This document shows, piece by piece, positions 40,810 through 49,068 of a stretch of 64,000 nucleotides of DNA. The position numbers were made by a program, and so were the translations under genes. The notes below the pieces were generated by a model. That model did no database searches, was not told the DNA's origin, and saw only the letters and a list, made by a program, of their open reading frames with translations. This stretch comes from Dehalococcoidia bacterium. Lineage in GTDB: Bacteria; Chloroflexota; Dehalococcoidia; Plut-88900. The stretch is from contig OZ240219.1 in NCBI GenBank assembly GCA_965197645.1, positions 2,496,001 to 2,560,000 on the forward strand, written 5' to 3'. Position 1 is the first letter of the stretch. Each line of letters opens with the position of its first letter.

Positions 40810-43308
40810 ATGACTCTCGCCGCTAGACCCCGACTCGCCATCCTGTTCGTCGCCCTGGCCGCCCTGTTCCTGTCCCTCACCGGCGCACCGGTCCAGGCCC
40901 AGGACGGCTCCGTACCGGATCAGCCCACGGGACTGTCCACCGAGGCGTCCCACGACCGCGTTAACCTGACCTGGGACGACCCCAACGACGCCAGCATCAC
41001 CCACTACCAGGTGCTGCGGCGAGACCGCGACATCCACGACACCGGCGAGTTCGTCACCATCGACTCCGACACCGGCTCGGCGACGACGAGCTACACCGAC
41101 GACACCGTGGAGCCGGAGAAGCGCTACGTGTACCGGGTCGTGGCGGTGAACGACAACGGCGATAGTCAATGGTCCAGTTTCGCCCGGGCCAACACCCCGG
41201 CGGCCCCCCCGCAGGAGCCGGACCCGACTCCGACGCCAACCCCGACACCTACACCGGAACCGACCCCAACGCCGACGCCTGAGACGGACGGCGACGGGGA
41301 GGGCGGAACGGACGAGGGCGCGCCTGATGGCGCGGTGTGCAGCGCCACCGGTCCCTGCACGACGCTCGACGAGACTGACGGCGTGACCCACGTGGAGACG
41401 CTGGAGCTGACGAACGTGACGCATGACTCCGTGACGCTGGAGTGGACGGCGCCCGAGGGCGACCCTCCGCTGGGCTACGTGATCCTGCGGACCGGTGAAG
41501 GGGCTGCGCCCACGTTGTCGTCGATCATCGTGGGCAACACCGAGTCGCAGGAGACGAGCCATGCCGACAGCGGCCTGGAGCCGGAGACGCTCTACACGTA
41601 CTGGGTTTTGGCGCTGCGCTGGACGGGCGTGTCGGCATTCAAAGATGCAGCGAGCGCGTCGACCACCACCCCACCCGCACCTATAGTGATCGTGAGCGAG
41701 GTCCTGCTCGTGCGCGAGGATGGGACGGCGTACGATGAGCCGGGCAGCCCGCTGAAGGTCGCCCTGGCGCACGGCAGCGAGACAGGAGACTCCATCGTCC
41801 TCACCTGGTCGCCGCCGCGCGAGAGGGACTCTGACGGGCAGCTCGCCGGGCCTGAGGTGGACGTCGATGGATACCTCATCAACGTCACAACGCGTCTGGC
41901 GGACGGCCTACCGTCGTCGTCGTCGCGGCAGGTGGCCGACCTGGGGTCCACGGTGCGCACCTGGACGCACGAGCACGTCGAGCGGGGGATATGGCGCCGC
42001 TACTCGATTCGGGGCGACAAGAACGGCGACGAAGGCCCGGCGGCCTACACGGATTGGGTGCGGATTCCCCAGGACGGCGAGCCGGGCTCGCCGAGCAACC
42101 TGCGGCTGAGCCAGCAGGCTGACCCGACCAGGGTGCGGCTGAACTGGACGGCCGGCTCGGACGCGACCGGCTACAAGATCTACCGCTCGAGTAGCTGGCA
42201 CTGGAGTGATGTCACCCTCGAGTATGAGCTTCACTACGGCGTGGAGCTACAGGCCGGCGACGTCACGACATACACCGACGGCGACGCGGTGAGCCTGTAC
42301 TTAGGCACCACACACGACAACGACAACAACCCCGACACCAGGCGGATCATCGCGGGCGTGCTGCCCGGCTTCACCTACCGCTACGTGGTGGAGGCGGTCA
42401 ACGCGAGTGGAACAAGCGAGCGCACGGCGCAGGCAACCATCCTGATACCGACGGCGGGCAAGCCCAACGCGGTGCGCAACTTCGAACACGGCACCATCAG
42501 GCGCGGCAACGGCGCCACGACGAACATCCGGCTGAGCTGGGACGCGCCGCAGGGGTTCACGACGAACAGCTTCGGCGGGACCGCCGGCTACTTCATCGAG
42601 CGCGCCCTCGACCTGGCCGAGCACACCGAGCGGGGCCTGGACTGGGTGAACCTGGCGACGGTGAGTATAGGCACCCACACCTATACGGACAGCGCAGCGG
42701 TGGACGCGGCCAACGCCGACCGGATCATGCCCTTCGGCACGACCTGGCGCTACCGCATCCGCGCCGTCAGCGGCCTGGACGCTACCAAGCAGAGCGACAA
42801 CAGCTACGTCGACGCCGCGATACCCATGCCCTCAGGCGTGCCGGATCTCATCACCGCTGATCTCATATCGTACCTCCTCCCCTTCCCCACTGGGTACGGG
42901 ACGTTTGGCATTGACGAAAAGATGTGGACATGCGCCATGGTGAAATGGGATGGAGATGATTCCAGTCCCACCGACCAACGGATTCTTCGCCTTGGGCCAG
43001 GCGTGACCAGCTGGCACGATCCGGACGCTGTGCTCGTGTCCAGCACGAAAGGCTTGTCGGAGAGGAGCACTACTGCGGATATCACCCGCCTACGCGGAAC
43101 TGGGACTACTGGATCGAATAGCGTGTGTGACACGACCGTCGAGGCGGGCGAGACGTACATCTATATCGTGCAGGCAAAGAACGGCAACGGCTGGAACACG
43201 CAAGTCGTCGATGAATTCAATGTTATCGACACAATCGCCGTCTTCTACATTGAGACGGGCTCCGACGCCCCGCCGCCGCCCACCGAGGTCGAGCAGGATA
43301 CCGAGTAG
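40810..43308 (+). CDS. Secreted multi-fibronectin type III protein with a PT-rich linker
   Basis: Signal peptide (VQA-QD); repeated P..L....V.L.W...Y.I.R...YTD..V....Y.YRV.A.N modules; (PT)n linker at about 41221-41283; SD AAGGAGG. Confidence 0.88.
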   Translation: MTLAARPRLAILFVALAALFLSLTGAPVQAQDGSVPDQPTGLSTEASHDRVNLTWDDPNDASITHYQVLRRDRDIHDTGEFVTIDSDTGSATTSYTDDTVEPEKRYVYRVVAVNDNGDSQWSSFARANTPAAPPQEPDPTPTPTPTPTPEPTPTPTPETDGDGEGGTDEGAPDGAVCSATGPCTTLDETDGVTHVETLELTNVTHDSVTLEWTAPEGDPPLGYVILRTGEGAAPTLSSIIVGNTESQETSHADSGLEPETLYTYWVLALRWTGVSAFKDAASASTTTPPAPIVIVSEVLLVREDGTAYDEPGSPLKVALAHGSETGDSIVLTWSPPRERDSDGQLAGPEVDVDGYLINVTTRLADGLPSSSSRQVADLGSTVRTWTHEHVERGIWRRYSIRGDKNGDEGPAAYTDWVRIPQDGEPGSPSNLRLSQQADPTRVRLNWTAGSDATGYKIYRSSSWHWSDVTLEYELHYGVELQAGDVTTYTDGDAVSLYLGTTHDNDNNPDTRRIIAGVLPGFTYRYVVEAVNASGTSERTAQATILIPTAGKPNAVRNFEHGTIRRGNGATTNIRLSWDAPQGFTTNSFGGTAGYFIERALDLAEHTERGLDWVNLATVSIGTHTYTDSAAVDAANADRIMPFGTTWRYRIRAVSGLDATKQSDNSYVDAAIPMPSGVPDLITADLISYLLPFPTGYGTFGIDEKMWTCAMVKWDGDDSSPTDQRILRLGPGVTSWHDPDAVLVSSTKGLSERSTTADITRLRGTGTTGSNSVCDTTVEAGETYIYIVQAKNGNGWNTQVVDEFNVIDTIAVFYIETGSDAPPPPTEVEQDTE

Positions 43309-43357
43309 AGAAAGAAGCGGCGTGCGGGTGAAGCGGGTGCGACCACGGGGCCTGAAG

Positions 43358-43385
43358 ACGCAAAAAGGGCAGCACACATGGGAAG
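43358..43385. repeat. Dispersed motif CAAAAAGGGCRGCACACATGG, copy 1
   Basis: ACGCAAAAAGGGCAGCACACATGGGAAG; further copies at 43779 and 45292. Confidence 0.7.
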
Positions 43386-43488
43386 TCCGGGCGGGGCGGC
43401 GGTCCTGCCCGGACAACGGATTCGCCCAATTCCAGGAGTGGACAGACGGCGGGAGCGTCCTGGCGAGTCCCTGTGGAAGGCCGACCAG

Positions 43489-43734
43489 ATGCCTCGACAG
43501 CGCATACACCACAGCAGAGTGACCTACCAAGTCCCCCACGACTTCCCGGAGCGGCTGGAGCGGTTCAAGGAGGAGTCGGGGCTGTCGTGGGCGGAGATTG
43601 CACGGCGTCTCGACGTCCACCACGAGACGCTGCGGCGCTGGAGGAAGGGACGGGCTCGCCCCAGCATGCGGAACATGATGGCGCTGGTGGCCCTGGCGAG
43701 ACCCTTTGGCCTCGCCCACCTGTTCACCGACTAG
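43489..43734 (+). CDS. XRE-family HTH protein
   Basis: DFPERLERFKEESGLSWAEIARRLDV..ETLRRWRKG..P. Confidence 0.8.
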   Translation: MPRQRIHHSRVTYQVPHDFPERLERFKEESGLSWAEIARRLDVHHETLRRWRKGRARPSMRNMMALVALARPFGLAHLFTD

Positions 43735-43778
43735 GGAGTCGGCGCTCCGGTGAGCGCCTGCGGCCGCAGACGCCGGAA

Positions 43779-43802
43779 ACGCAAAAAGGGCGGCACACAT
43801 GG
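43779..43802. repeat. Dispersed motif, copy 2
   Basis: ACGCAAAAAGGGCGGCACACATGG. Confidence 0.7.
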
Positions 43803-44066
43803 CCGGGCCTCTCCCCATCCTCTCCCCGTCACGCCGGCGTTGCCTTACGGGAGCGGCTGCATCATCATAGAGGCGTCGTTGGCGGCAGTCCCGTAGGGGG
43901 CCGACGAAAGGCCAAGCCGCGAGGGGACGGCCCGGTGTGGCGTCCCGCCGGTGGAGACGGATTCGAGTCCGGGCCGCAGGCCGCAGCCTGCGCCATCGAG
44001 GGCCGCCGTCCGCGCAACGAGGGACCAGCCCAATAGGAGAACGCCAGGACATGCAGGAGGAGCGTC

Positions 44067-45218
44067 ATGAACGAGGAGCATGACGGGACGGACCAGGAGA
44101 AGCCATCGGAGGAAGAGTACCAGAGGTTTCGCAGGATGATGGACGGCATGGGTCGCGAGGGCATCCGGCGCATGGTCGAGCATCTGACGGAGAGAATCGA
44201 GGCGAACCCCCGCGACGCCGAAGCCCTGTCCGCAAGGGGGCTGGCGTACGCCGAGCTGGGGGAGCACCGCCTTGCGGCGGAGGACTACGGCAGGGTCATC
44301 GCCCTGGACCCCGGCAACGCGGGCGCCCACCTCGGCAGGGCGCGCGCCTATGGCAGGCTGGAGGAGCACCGCTCGGCGGTGGAGGACTACGACGCCGCCA
44401 TCCGCCTGGCCCCCGGCGACGCCGTGGCGCACTACAGCCGGGGGGCGTGCAAGGCGGAGCTGGGCGACCTTGCGGGGGCGATGAGCGACTTCGACGTGGC
44501 CGTCACCATGGCCCCCGGCGACGCCGACGCCCACTACAACCGGGGATTGACCCAGGTGGCGATGGGCAAACGCCACCGGGCGGTGAAGGACCTGAGCAGG
44601 GCCATAGACTTGAACCCCAACCTCGCCGACGCCCACTACCACCGGGGCATGGCATACCGCGACATGGGCCGGATGGACAGGGCGGTCAGGGACTTCGACG
44701 CCGCCGTCGAGATCGAAGAGCGGTACGGCCTCGCCTTCTACGCCAGGGGAATCACCAACGTCAACCTGGGAGCACACGAGGCCGCGCTCGGCGACTTCGA
44801 CGCCGTGCTGGGGCTCGACCCCGACAACGCCCCGGCGCTCCGGGGCAGGGGCGTCGCCCTGGGCAGCCTGGGCCGTTACGACGAGGCGGTCGGGGACTTC
44901 GGCCGGTCCCTGGAGTTGGACCCCGGCAACGCCGAGGCCCTCGCTGCCCGGGGGCTGGCCCACAGCAGCCTGGAGCAATACGAGCTGGCGATAGAGGACT
45001 ACAGCAGGGTGATCGACCTCGACCCCCGGAACAGGGACGTCCTCTACAGCAGGGGAATCGCCCGCATGTACGCGGCCCGGTTCGAGAGCGCCATCGAGGA
45101 CTTCGAGGCCATCCTCGGCATCGAGCCGGGGCACGCCGCGGCGCGGGGGGCGAGGGGGTTGGCCCGCGAGACGCTGGAGATGCGGGGCGGCGCGGGCGAG
45201 GGACAGGCGGCGCGGTAG
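44067..45218 (+). CDS. Tetratricopeptide repeat protein
   Basis: About 10 tandem 34-aa repeats (A...RG.A...LG....A..DF..A..LDP); SD AGGAGG. Confidence 0.92.
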   Translation: MNEEHDGTDQEKPSEEEYQRFRRMMDGMGREGIRRMVEHLTERIEANPRDAEALSARGLAYAELGEHRLAAEDYGRVIALDPGNAGAHLGRARAYGRLEEHRSAVEDYDAAIRLAPGDAVAHYSRGACKAELGDLAGAMSDFDVAVTMAPGDADAHYNRGLTQVAMGKRHRAVKDLSRAIDLNPNLADAHYHRGMAYRDMGRMDRAVRDFDAAVEIEERYGLAFYARGITNVNLGAHEAALGDFDAVLGLDPDNAPALRGRGVALGSLGRYDEAVGDFGRSLELDPGNAEALAARGLAHSSLEQYELAIEDYSRVIDLDPRNRDVLYSRGIARMYAARFESAIEDFEAILGIEPGHAAARGARGLARETLEMRGGAGEGQAAR

Positions 45219-45291
45219 CGCCGCCGCGCGGACGTGAGCGCCCGCTGCCCCCACTTCAGGGATGTCGAAGACGGGCGGTGATTTCGGGCAA

Positions 45292-45339
45292 CAAAAAAAG
45301 GCGGCATACATGGGAAGCAGGGGGAGGCCATCGCCGCAA
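45292..45339 (-). terminator. Dispersed motif copy 3, forming a terminator for the multi-HTH gene
   Basis: Minus strand GCGGCGATGG...CCATGTATGCCGCC-TTTTTTT downstream of the stop at 45404. Confidence 0.55.
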
Positions 45340-45403
45340 TGACGACGGCCTTCCCCCTGAGCGACGGCCCGGTGCTTTGCGCCGGGCCGTCGCCCACGCC
45401 TCG

Positions 45404-46510
45404 CTAGGCGGCTGCCGGCTCCGGCTGCTTGAGCATGGCGGAGTAGCCGGGCATCAGGACGGGCGTCATCGACAACCGGCCCGCGCCGTCGTACCCGGCG
45501 CGGTAGGCGTACTCCGCCTTCGCGCCCCAGGGCACCCGGCCGCCGACCCGGACGGCGGGACCGCCGGACCTGCCGCGGCGCCCAGGCCCGCCCGCGCCGT
45601 GCACCACCATCCCGCTCCGCTCGCCCTTCCGCCAGCCCAGCACCTTCACCTCGGCGGGCATGACCCGCTCCTCCGACTTCGCGCGCCGGAACAGCACGGC
45701 GTGCAGCCTCTTCAGCACGCCCGCCGACGGGCTGGCCTTGCCGTTCATGATCTGGGAGAGGTACGAGGAGCTGATGCCGGCGCGCCGTGCGACCTCGTTC
45801 TGGCTGAAGCCGTGAGCGTCCATGCGGTCCCACACGGCCTTCGGGTCGACGCAGGCAAGCTGCGCGGACGCGACCGTCGCCTCGGCCTCCAGCGCCGCCT
45901 CGACCAGCGCCTGGACCCTCACGCCCATGCCCCTGCGGCCGCGGGACACCTCCGACATGTAGCTGGCGGACACGCCGACCCGCTCGGCAAGCTCCCGCAT
46001 GGTCATGCCCAGGGCGCGGGCGCGCTCCCGGACGTAGCTGCTCTGCCCGTTCACCACGCTCGCCGGGCGGTTGGCGCACTGTGCGGGCGCGATCTTGGCC
46101 GGGGCCTTGAGCGCCGACTCGATCCGGGTCTGGACCTTGACGCCCATGTTGACGCGGCCACGGGCCACCCCCGACATGTATCCGTAGGACACCCCGGCGC
46201 GGTCGGCCAGGTCCCGCATGGTCATTCCCATCTCGCGGGCGCGCTCCCTGATGAAGCTGCTCTCGCCGGTCACGACGCCGCCCTGGCGGTAGACCGTCCC
46301 CTGGCCGGGGACCTCTCCCAGCACCGCCGCGACCTTCTCCCGCATCACGGGCGTCCACGGACTGCCTCCGTTGGCGAGCCGTGACAGGTAACTCGCGCCC
46401 ACGCCCATCCGGGCCGCCAGCTCCTTCATGGTGAGCCCGCGCCGCCTCGCCGCAGCCCTGAGCTCGCTCTCCGCCGTCCTGGTTCCGGTTGCCATCGTTG
46501 CCGTCGTCAT
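45404..46510 (-). CDS. Protein with four tandem XRE HTH domains and an unrecognised C-terminal domain
   Basis: Four repeats of G(L/M/F)(T/S)..(E/D)(L/V)A.R.G(V/I)...Y(L/M)S....G; SD GAGGAGG before ATG 46510. Confidence 0.85.
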   Translation of the reverse strand: MTTATMATGTRTAESELRAAARRRGLTMKELAARMGVGASYLSRLANGGSPWTPVMREKVAAVLGEVPGQGTVYRQGGVVTGESSFIRERAREMGMTMRDLADRAGVSYGYMSGVARGRVNMGVKVQTRIESALKAPAKIAPAQCANRPASVVNGQSSYVRERARALGMTMRELAERVGVSASYMSEVSRGRRGMGVRVQALVEAALEAEATVASAQLACVDPKAVWDRMDAHGFSQNEVARRAGISSSYLSQIMNGKASPSAGVLKRLHAVLFRRAKSEERVMPAEVKVLGWRKGERSGMVVHGAGGPGRRGRSGGPAVRVGGRVPWGAKAEYAYRAGYDGAGRLSMTPVLMPGYSAMLKQPEPAAA

Positions 46511-46564
46511 CGGTCTGTCCTCCTCTTGTGTTGTGTTGCCTGTGGCCTGCGCCCGCTGGCGGGC

Positions 46565-46604
46565 AAAGAAGAAGGGCCGTCCCCGACGAACGAGGACGAC
46601 CCTT
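46565..46604 (-). terminator. Terminator-like hairpin upstream of the multi-HTH gene
   Basis: Minus strand AAGGGTCGTCCTCG-TTCGT-CGGGGACGGCCCTT followed by CTTCTTT. Confidence 0.6.
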
Positions 46605-46643
46605 GTGAATGGGGGTGTGTTGTGAGAGCCGGAGGCCCCGCCG

Positions 46644-46673
46644 TCAGCGGCGATGGACCTCGTTGACGCGCAT
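46644..46673 (-). CDS. Micro-ORF MRVNEVHRR (leader peptide candidate)
   Basis: Strong SD AAAGGAGGAG directly before ATG; 9 codons then TGA. Confidence 0.4.
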   Translation of the reverse strand: MRVNEVHRR

Positions 46674-46794
46674 GGACTCCTCCTTTCAGTAGCTGACCCG
46701 CACGGCATCCACGGCGGGAGTCATTGGTGATGGGGTTGACGCTGGACGCACTCCGCCCACGGTCGAATGCCGGACGCGAGAGACGGAGCGGGGG

Positions 46795-47097
46795 TGAGAA
46801 AAGACGCAGCTCGGCCCAGGGTGGATACCGTCAGGGGGGAACTGCTACGAGGGGAGCGGCTGTCCTACGGCTTCATCGCAGACCAGCGCATGAGAGAAGA
46901 CGCAGCTTGCCCCAGGGTGCGTAGCGTGCAGGTTGGGAGGAAAGCTGCGAGACGTGAAGCGGCCAGCCTACGTCTCAGTCGCAGACCGGCGCATGGTGAG
47001 GAAAACGCAGCTTGCCCAGGGTGCGTAGCGTCCGCGTTGGGCGAAAGCTGCGAGGCGTGAAGCGGCCAGCCTGCTTGGAACGGCAGACCGGCGCATG
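46795..47097. repeat. Three tandem ~100-bp structured repeats
   Basis: Units start at about 46795, 46891 and 46997: TGAG..AA.ACGCAGCT..CCCAGGGTG...GCAGACC.GCGCA; internal complementarity GCAGCTT/AAGCTGC and GAGACGT/ACGTCTC. Confidence 0.8.
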
Positions 47098-47230
47098 TCG
47101 AAGCTGCGGCCTAGCTGTCAGTCAGCCATGCCGCAGGCGTGAGGAGCCGGTCGAAGCGACAGACGCATTTCGACCGACTGGTGGAGGACGGGGCGCAGAG
47201 AGCGCTCCGTCCCTGATGTCCAACGGCGAG

Positions 47231-47458
47231 AGCGATCAACCCCAACCGCCAGACGAGTGCCCAACGGAAGGAGCGATCAACCCCAACCGCCAGACCGGTG
47301 TCCAGTGACGGAAGCGATCAACTCCCAACCACCGGACGGGTGTCCAGCGGGAGAAGGGCTTATCACTCCAACCGCCGGACTTGGACCGAGGACGAAGGAC
47401 CAGCGTCAACTCCGTCGTTTCGGCCCGCGCTGCTTGCGAAGGACCAACGTCAACTCCG
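47231..47458. repeat. Six-unit iteron-like array with a 41-45 bp period
   Basis: TCAAC(C/T)CC cores at 47236, 47277, 47318, 47363 (TCACTCC), 47406 and 47450; the first three share AGCGATCAAC..CAACC.CC.GAC and the last two share CGAAGGACCA.CGTCAACTCCG. Confidence 0.8.
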
Positions 47459-47695
47459 CTTCAGCAGCATTCCCTCGTGGGAGACCGGGGGAGAGCGAAT
47501 CATCCTCCGGTCATGCCCGTGCAACAGGGATCACGCACCCAGGTTTCTATGGTCGGAAACCTTGGAAAAAGCCAAACAGCAGGCTCATTATCGCGGCCCG
47601 AGACCCGCAAAAGAGGGCCTGCGACGCCCCTTTCGCAAACTGCCGCCAAATCGTTCACTAAAGTTGCCTGCAAAGCCGCCGCACTCCCGGCCCGG

Positions 47696-48547
47696 CTACC
47701 GCCACAACAGTCGGAGGGTCAGCGTGTTCAGAAGCTCCCGCTTCTTCAGCGCTCTCCGCGTGTCGAAGAGCGCCGTCCGGCGATGGGTGACCTGCCCGTT
47801 GCGGTCGAAGCCCCTCAGCGGAAACCTTGCCGGGGGTAGCGTCATGCCGTGGTCTTCGAGCAGGCCCAGCTCCAACGCCAGGAACCGCTCCTCGGTGCGC
47901 AGCCAGTCCAGGCTCTTCCCGTCGTTGGGGTGAACGTCCTTCAGCTCCCGCCACTCGACGATCATCGGCCACGCCTCCCCGAACGCCTCCTCGTCGTCCT
48001 CGGCGGGCTCAAGGGTCACGAGGTCGGGGTACTCTCGCCGCAACCTGGGCCTCGGCGGGGGTTTCCTGCCCATGCCCGACGCACCGCTCTCCGAGCCGTC
48101 CGCTGCCGCCTGGGAGGGACCGGCGCCGGCGTGACCGGCCCCGGTCCCCTGGGCATCGTCCCGACGCAGGGCTTCGACCCGGCCCTCGACGGCGGCCACA
48201 CGTCTCCGCACCTCCTTGCCCAGGGCGTCATAGTCCTTTGCCAACGCCTCATGCCCCTTCTCCAGCGCCTCGACCCGGCTCTCCAGCTTCTCGTTGCGCT
48301 CCCGCTGCCGGGCCGCAGCCGACCCGACGCCCTCCTGCAACGCACGCTCCAGGGCCTGCCGCACCCGCCTCGACAGCTGCCCCGTCCTGGCGCACTCGGC
48401 CACCGTCCGCTGGTCCAGCTCCAGCACCCGCGCCGCGCCCTTGTATCCCTTGTCCCGCACCAGCTCTTGCAGCAGCGCCATGAGCCTCATGTGGTAGACG
48501 TTCTCCACGTCCTTGCTGCTCTCGATGCCGTGTTCGGTGGTCTTCAT
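47696..48547 (-). CDS. Hypothetical protein with N-terminal HTH-like segment and coiled coil
   Basis: KGYKGAARVLELDQRTVA helix-turn-helix pattern, heptad-rich middle; SD GAGGGAG. Confidence 0.65.
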   Translation of the reverse strand: MKTTEHGIESSKDVENVYHMRLMALLQELVRDKGYKGAARVLELDQRTVAECARTGQLSRRVRQALERALQEGVGSAAARQRERNEKLESRVEALEKGHEALAKDYDALGKEVRRRVAAVEGRVEALRRDDAQGTGAGHAGAGPSQAAADGSESGASGMGRKPPPRPRLRREYPDLVTLEPAEDDEEAFGEAWPMIVEWRELKDVHPNDGKSLDWLRTEERFLALELGLLEDHGMTLPPARFPLRGFDRNGQVTHRRTALFDTRRALKKRELLNTLTLRLLWR

Positions 48548-48677
48548 GGCTCTTTTCTCCCTCTGCAAACTCCGCTTGAGTCTCCGGTCAGCCACTGGCC
48601 GGCCCTTTTCCCGCTCTCAGGCCACGGTTTTCGGGGACGTCATGCACCCCCACTTCAAGCGCCTTTTCCGGGGCCTA

Positions 48678-48741
48678 ATGTCATTGGGAAGCCGCTCCCA
48701 CGGTCCCGCCGATGTCATTCCCCACGTTTGGCGATGTCATT
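48678..48741. repeat. ATGTCATT repeated three times (operator candidate)
   Basis: Copies at 48678, 48712 and 48734 in the divergent intergenic region. Confidence 0.5.
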
Positions 48742-48910
48742 GCAGTCCGGAACGCACCCTTTCTGAAAGTGTTCACTGGTTACGTCCTGTAGGGGGGCGA
48801 TTTACCCCTGTTTCAGCTACGAAATCACGACTCTGGCCGCTCTGCTACAAAACTGAAACTCCTGTACACCCCCAATACTGCACGAAAGGGGCCGAAAAAA
48901 AGAGGGCCTA

Positions 48911-48983
48911 TAACCCCCCGCATCCCTGCGCAGAGTCACGGGGGAACGGCCCGTAACCACCCCGCATCCGTGCGCAGAGTTAC
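48911..48983. repeat. Two ~29-bp direct repeats upstream of the transfer operon
   Basis: TAACCCCCCGCATCCCTGCGCAGAGTCAC and TAACCACCCCGCATCCGTGCGCAGAGTTAC. Confidence 0.7.
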
Positions 48984-49068
48984 CAGGGGTCTTATTTCCA
49001 GTTTCATTTAGTCACACTTTTTTGCGACCGCCGTAATCCGGCCATTGGCGGCAGACCGCAGAAGAGAG

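Noticed and set aside
43959-43970. GGATTCGAGTCC T-loop-like sequence as a tRNA fragment or att site
   Set aside because: No cloverleaf or CCA end, and no match to the 3' end of the tRNA at 31981.
43845-46384. 837-aa and 645-aa ORFs spanning the TPR and multi-HTH genes
   Set aside because: Arg/Gly/Pro-rich alternative frames overlapping two clear genes.
47231-47458. CRISPR array
   Set aside because: The inter-core segments resemble one another and are only about 17-22 nt, the repeats drift in sequence, and no cas gene is in the window.
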